A DNA stretch of 64,000 bases, taken from Eutreptiella sp. 'Long Island Sound 2002' (Eukaryota > Protista > Euglenida). The notes under the pieces were generated by a model that had not been told where the DNA came from, made no database searches, and saw nothing but the letters and a program-made list of their open reading frames with translations. The translations under genes and the position numbers were made by a program. The stretch covers positions 141,856,001 through 141,920,000 of the forward strand of contig OZ038378.1 of the NCBI GenBank assembly GCA_964036045.1, written 5' to 3'. Of this stretch, positions 61,914 through 64,000 are shown in pieces. The stretch's first letter is position 1; each line of letters begins with the position of its first letter.

Positions 61914-64000
61914 ATGCAACCGGCAAACGGTGTTGCATCGGCTTTGGGGACCATTACCGCTTTTGTTGCCACCGGATACCTCCTCGGGGCATGTGGCGTT
62001 TGCACTCCCACCGTCAGCCGAGTCTTGAATCAGTATCTGACGTGGGTGGCCTACCCGGCGGTGATCTTCCATGGCATCACCACGCTGGATCTGTCCCAGT
62101 TCTCATGGAGGGTGTACAGCGCCATACTGGTCGGTAAGGTCTGCCCCATGGTCTTCATTGTGGCGCTGGTGTCACTCACATCCACCGCCCCCAAGGCCCG
62201 TCGCCTCAAGATGGCGGGCATCTTCGCCCTGTTTGTCACCATGAGCAACGACGTGGCGGTTGGGGTCCCGGTGGTCAGGGCCACGTACCCCGAGTTCGAG
62301 TCGTATCTGTACCTGCCCCAACAGTTCCTTCTCTTTAATCCCGTGGGCATCGTCCTCTTGGAGCTTGGGGCGGCCCTGGACCCCTCCCGCCCGCACACGG
62401 GGCATAGCCAAAGGGGGGCTTCGCAGGGGAGTGCCCCTCGTAAGGGCCCTGCTCCTGAAGGTGCTGCGAAACGTCGTGACCAACCACATCCTCCTCATCT
62501 CCGTCGTGGCCCTCGGGGGCAACCTGTTCCTGCCCCCCCCGCCCGCCCTGACGCGGGCCACGGGCCTCGTCGCGCGCACCTTCGCCCCGGTGGCGCTGTT
62601 CAGCCTGGGGCTGCAGATGGTGGGCAAAGTGCGCGGCCTGTTCGGCCGCGGGTTCGTGTGGCCGCTGGTGCTGGTGCTCGTCAAAGTGGTCGTGACGCCG
62701 GTCCTCATGCGGGACTTCGCGACCCTCGTGGCCCCCGACTGGACGGACTTCCACGGCTTCGCGTACGTCCACGGGTGCCTCCCTGCCGGCGTCCCCGTGG
62801 TCTTGTTCGCGGTCGAGTACGACGCCGTGCCCGAGATCGTGTCCGGGGCCGTGGTGCTGGCGCTGGTGCTCTCCGCCCCGTCCCTCGGCGTCGCGATGAT
62901 GTTCCGGGACCTCTCGACCGCCCTGCGCCGCACGGCCGAACTCCAGTCGGCTCTGAACTACGTGAGCGGCACCGCCGTCGTGCTGCTGCTGGCGCTGCTT
63001 TGGAGACGGGAGCGCGCGCCCGGACAGCGGGGCGACCCGCCGGAGCGTGAGATGGGCCGCTGCGACCCGCTGGACGCGGCCGCAGCGTGCGGGTGCGACA
63101 CGCCGGACGCGGTGGATGTCAGCGGGTGGACCGCTTGGCCGGGGCTGGTCGGGCATCTCACCGTTTCCACTTTGTTCGCGTGCGCGGCCAATCAGGCGTG
63201 CCTGACGGTCGTCTCCTCCGACGTCCAGCGCAGCCCCTTCGTGCACTCGGCCCTCTTCCTCGTGGACCACTTCCTCCGCCTGCAGGGGCACGCGTTGTAC
63301 GGCCTCCTCGCCTTTGAGAGCGCGCGCGACCGCCCCCTCACCGCCCCGCGGGGCCTGTGGTGCTACGCCACGGCGGCCTGGCTGCTGCCGCTCCTCGCGG
63401 CCCCCGGGCTGCTCCTCGCCACCCCCGCCCCCCCGCCGCACTACACCTGTTGGATGGGCCACGGGACGCTGTACCTCGGCCTCAGCGCCGCTCTGCTACT
63501 CGGCCCCTTCGCGGCCGTCGTCTGGGGGCTGCTCCGGGGCCTCCGCCGGGCGGGCGGCGGGGGGCTGGCCCCGCCGGCGCACCGCTTCCGCGTCCAAGTT
63601 CTGTTGGGGCACTTCATGTTCGCGGCGTTCTGCCGCCTCCTGTGGCTCGGGTTCGCGGCGGTCGAGGGCCCGCAGCCGCCGGGGGACCAGCCGCTGGAGC
63701 TGCTGCAGCGGCTCGTGCTGGTGCTGCTGAGCCACTCCGCGGGACTGGCCCAGGCCCTGGCCCTCGGGGCCCCCTCCGCGCAGGCCCAGGCCTTAAGGCC
63801 CCCCCCGGCCGAGGCCCCGGGGCCCGGGGGCCGCGCCCGCCCCGACCGCCCGCTGCTGAGCCGGGCCCGGGGCTCCTCCTCCTCCTCCTCCTCCTCCTCC
63901 TCCTCCTCCTCCTCCTGCGCCTTCGCCCCCGCGCCCGGCGCCCTCTGCGCCACTGCCCACGGCCTCTCTGCCACGGGCCGCCCCCGTTGCGGCGAAGGGG
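61914..64000 (+). CDS. GPR155/LYCHOS-like protein (PIN-type transporter domain fused to a 7TM domain); frameshift at ~62375-62420; runs off the window
   Basis: FVTMSNDVAVGVPVVRATYPEFESYLYL..NPVG matches GPR155 QSNDFALGYPIV..TYPEY..YIYL..NPIG as I recall it. After a frame change: ALFSLGLQMVGK, KVVVTPVLMR, FAVEY..EIVSG, then further TM helices with no stop to 64000. Confidence 0.8.

Noticed and set aside
62420-63050. C-terminal half of the listed 378-aa ORF
   Set aside because: Wrong frame; transporter homology continues in the +1 frame.

Overview
Eukaryotic, repeat-rich genomic DNA, very probably from a euglenid: a near-exact euglenid spliced-leader (SL) sequence lies at 8242-8267. Exons are GC-rich and sit in an AT-richer, transposon-littered background. 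Host genes: (1) an intronless membrane-anchored protein with an EB_dh/DOMON-like heme-b domain (10931-12034); (2) a 5-exon gene (21497-40789, 4108 aa by my splice model) for a giant surface receptor with adhesion modules, a ~1800-aa Thr/Pro/Ser stalk, about three TM helices and a cytoplasmic LIM-like/ankyrin-like/WWE/R-S-E ADP-ribosyltransferase tail; (3) a 4-exon kinase-fold gene with deviant catalytic motifs (46940-50287); (4) a GPR155/LYCHOS-like PIN-transporter plus 7TM gene that starts at 61914, carries one frameshift and runs off the window. Mobile DNA: the 3' half of an intact Ty3/Gypsy chromovirus, an endonuclease-less Penelope-like RT with YRDN at the active site, an SL-headed retrocopy directly downstream of it, a hAT-type MITE with an 8-bp TSD, decayed non-LTR RTs, Ulp1 and Dam-like methylase relics, and a dispersed repeat holding two convergent tRNA-like modules in a fold-back. 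All domain calls are by-eye motif recognition; no database searches were run.
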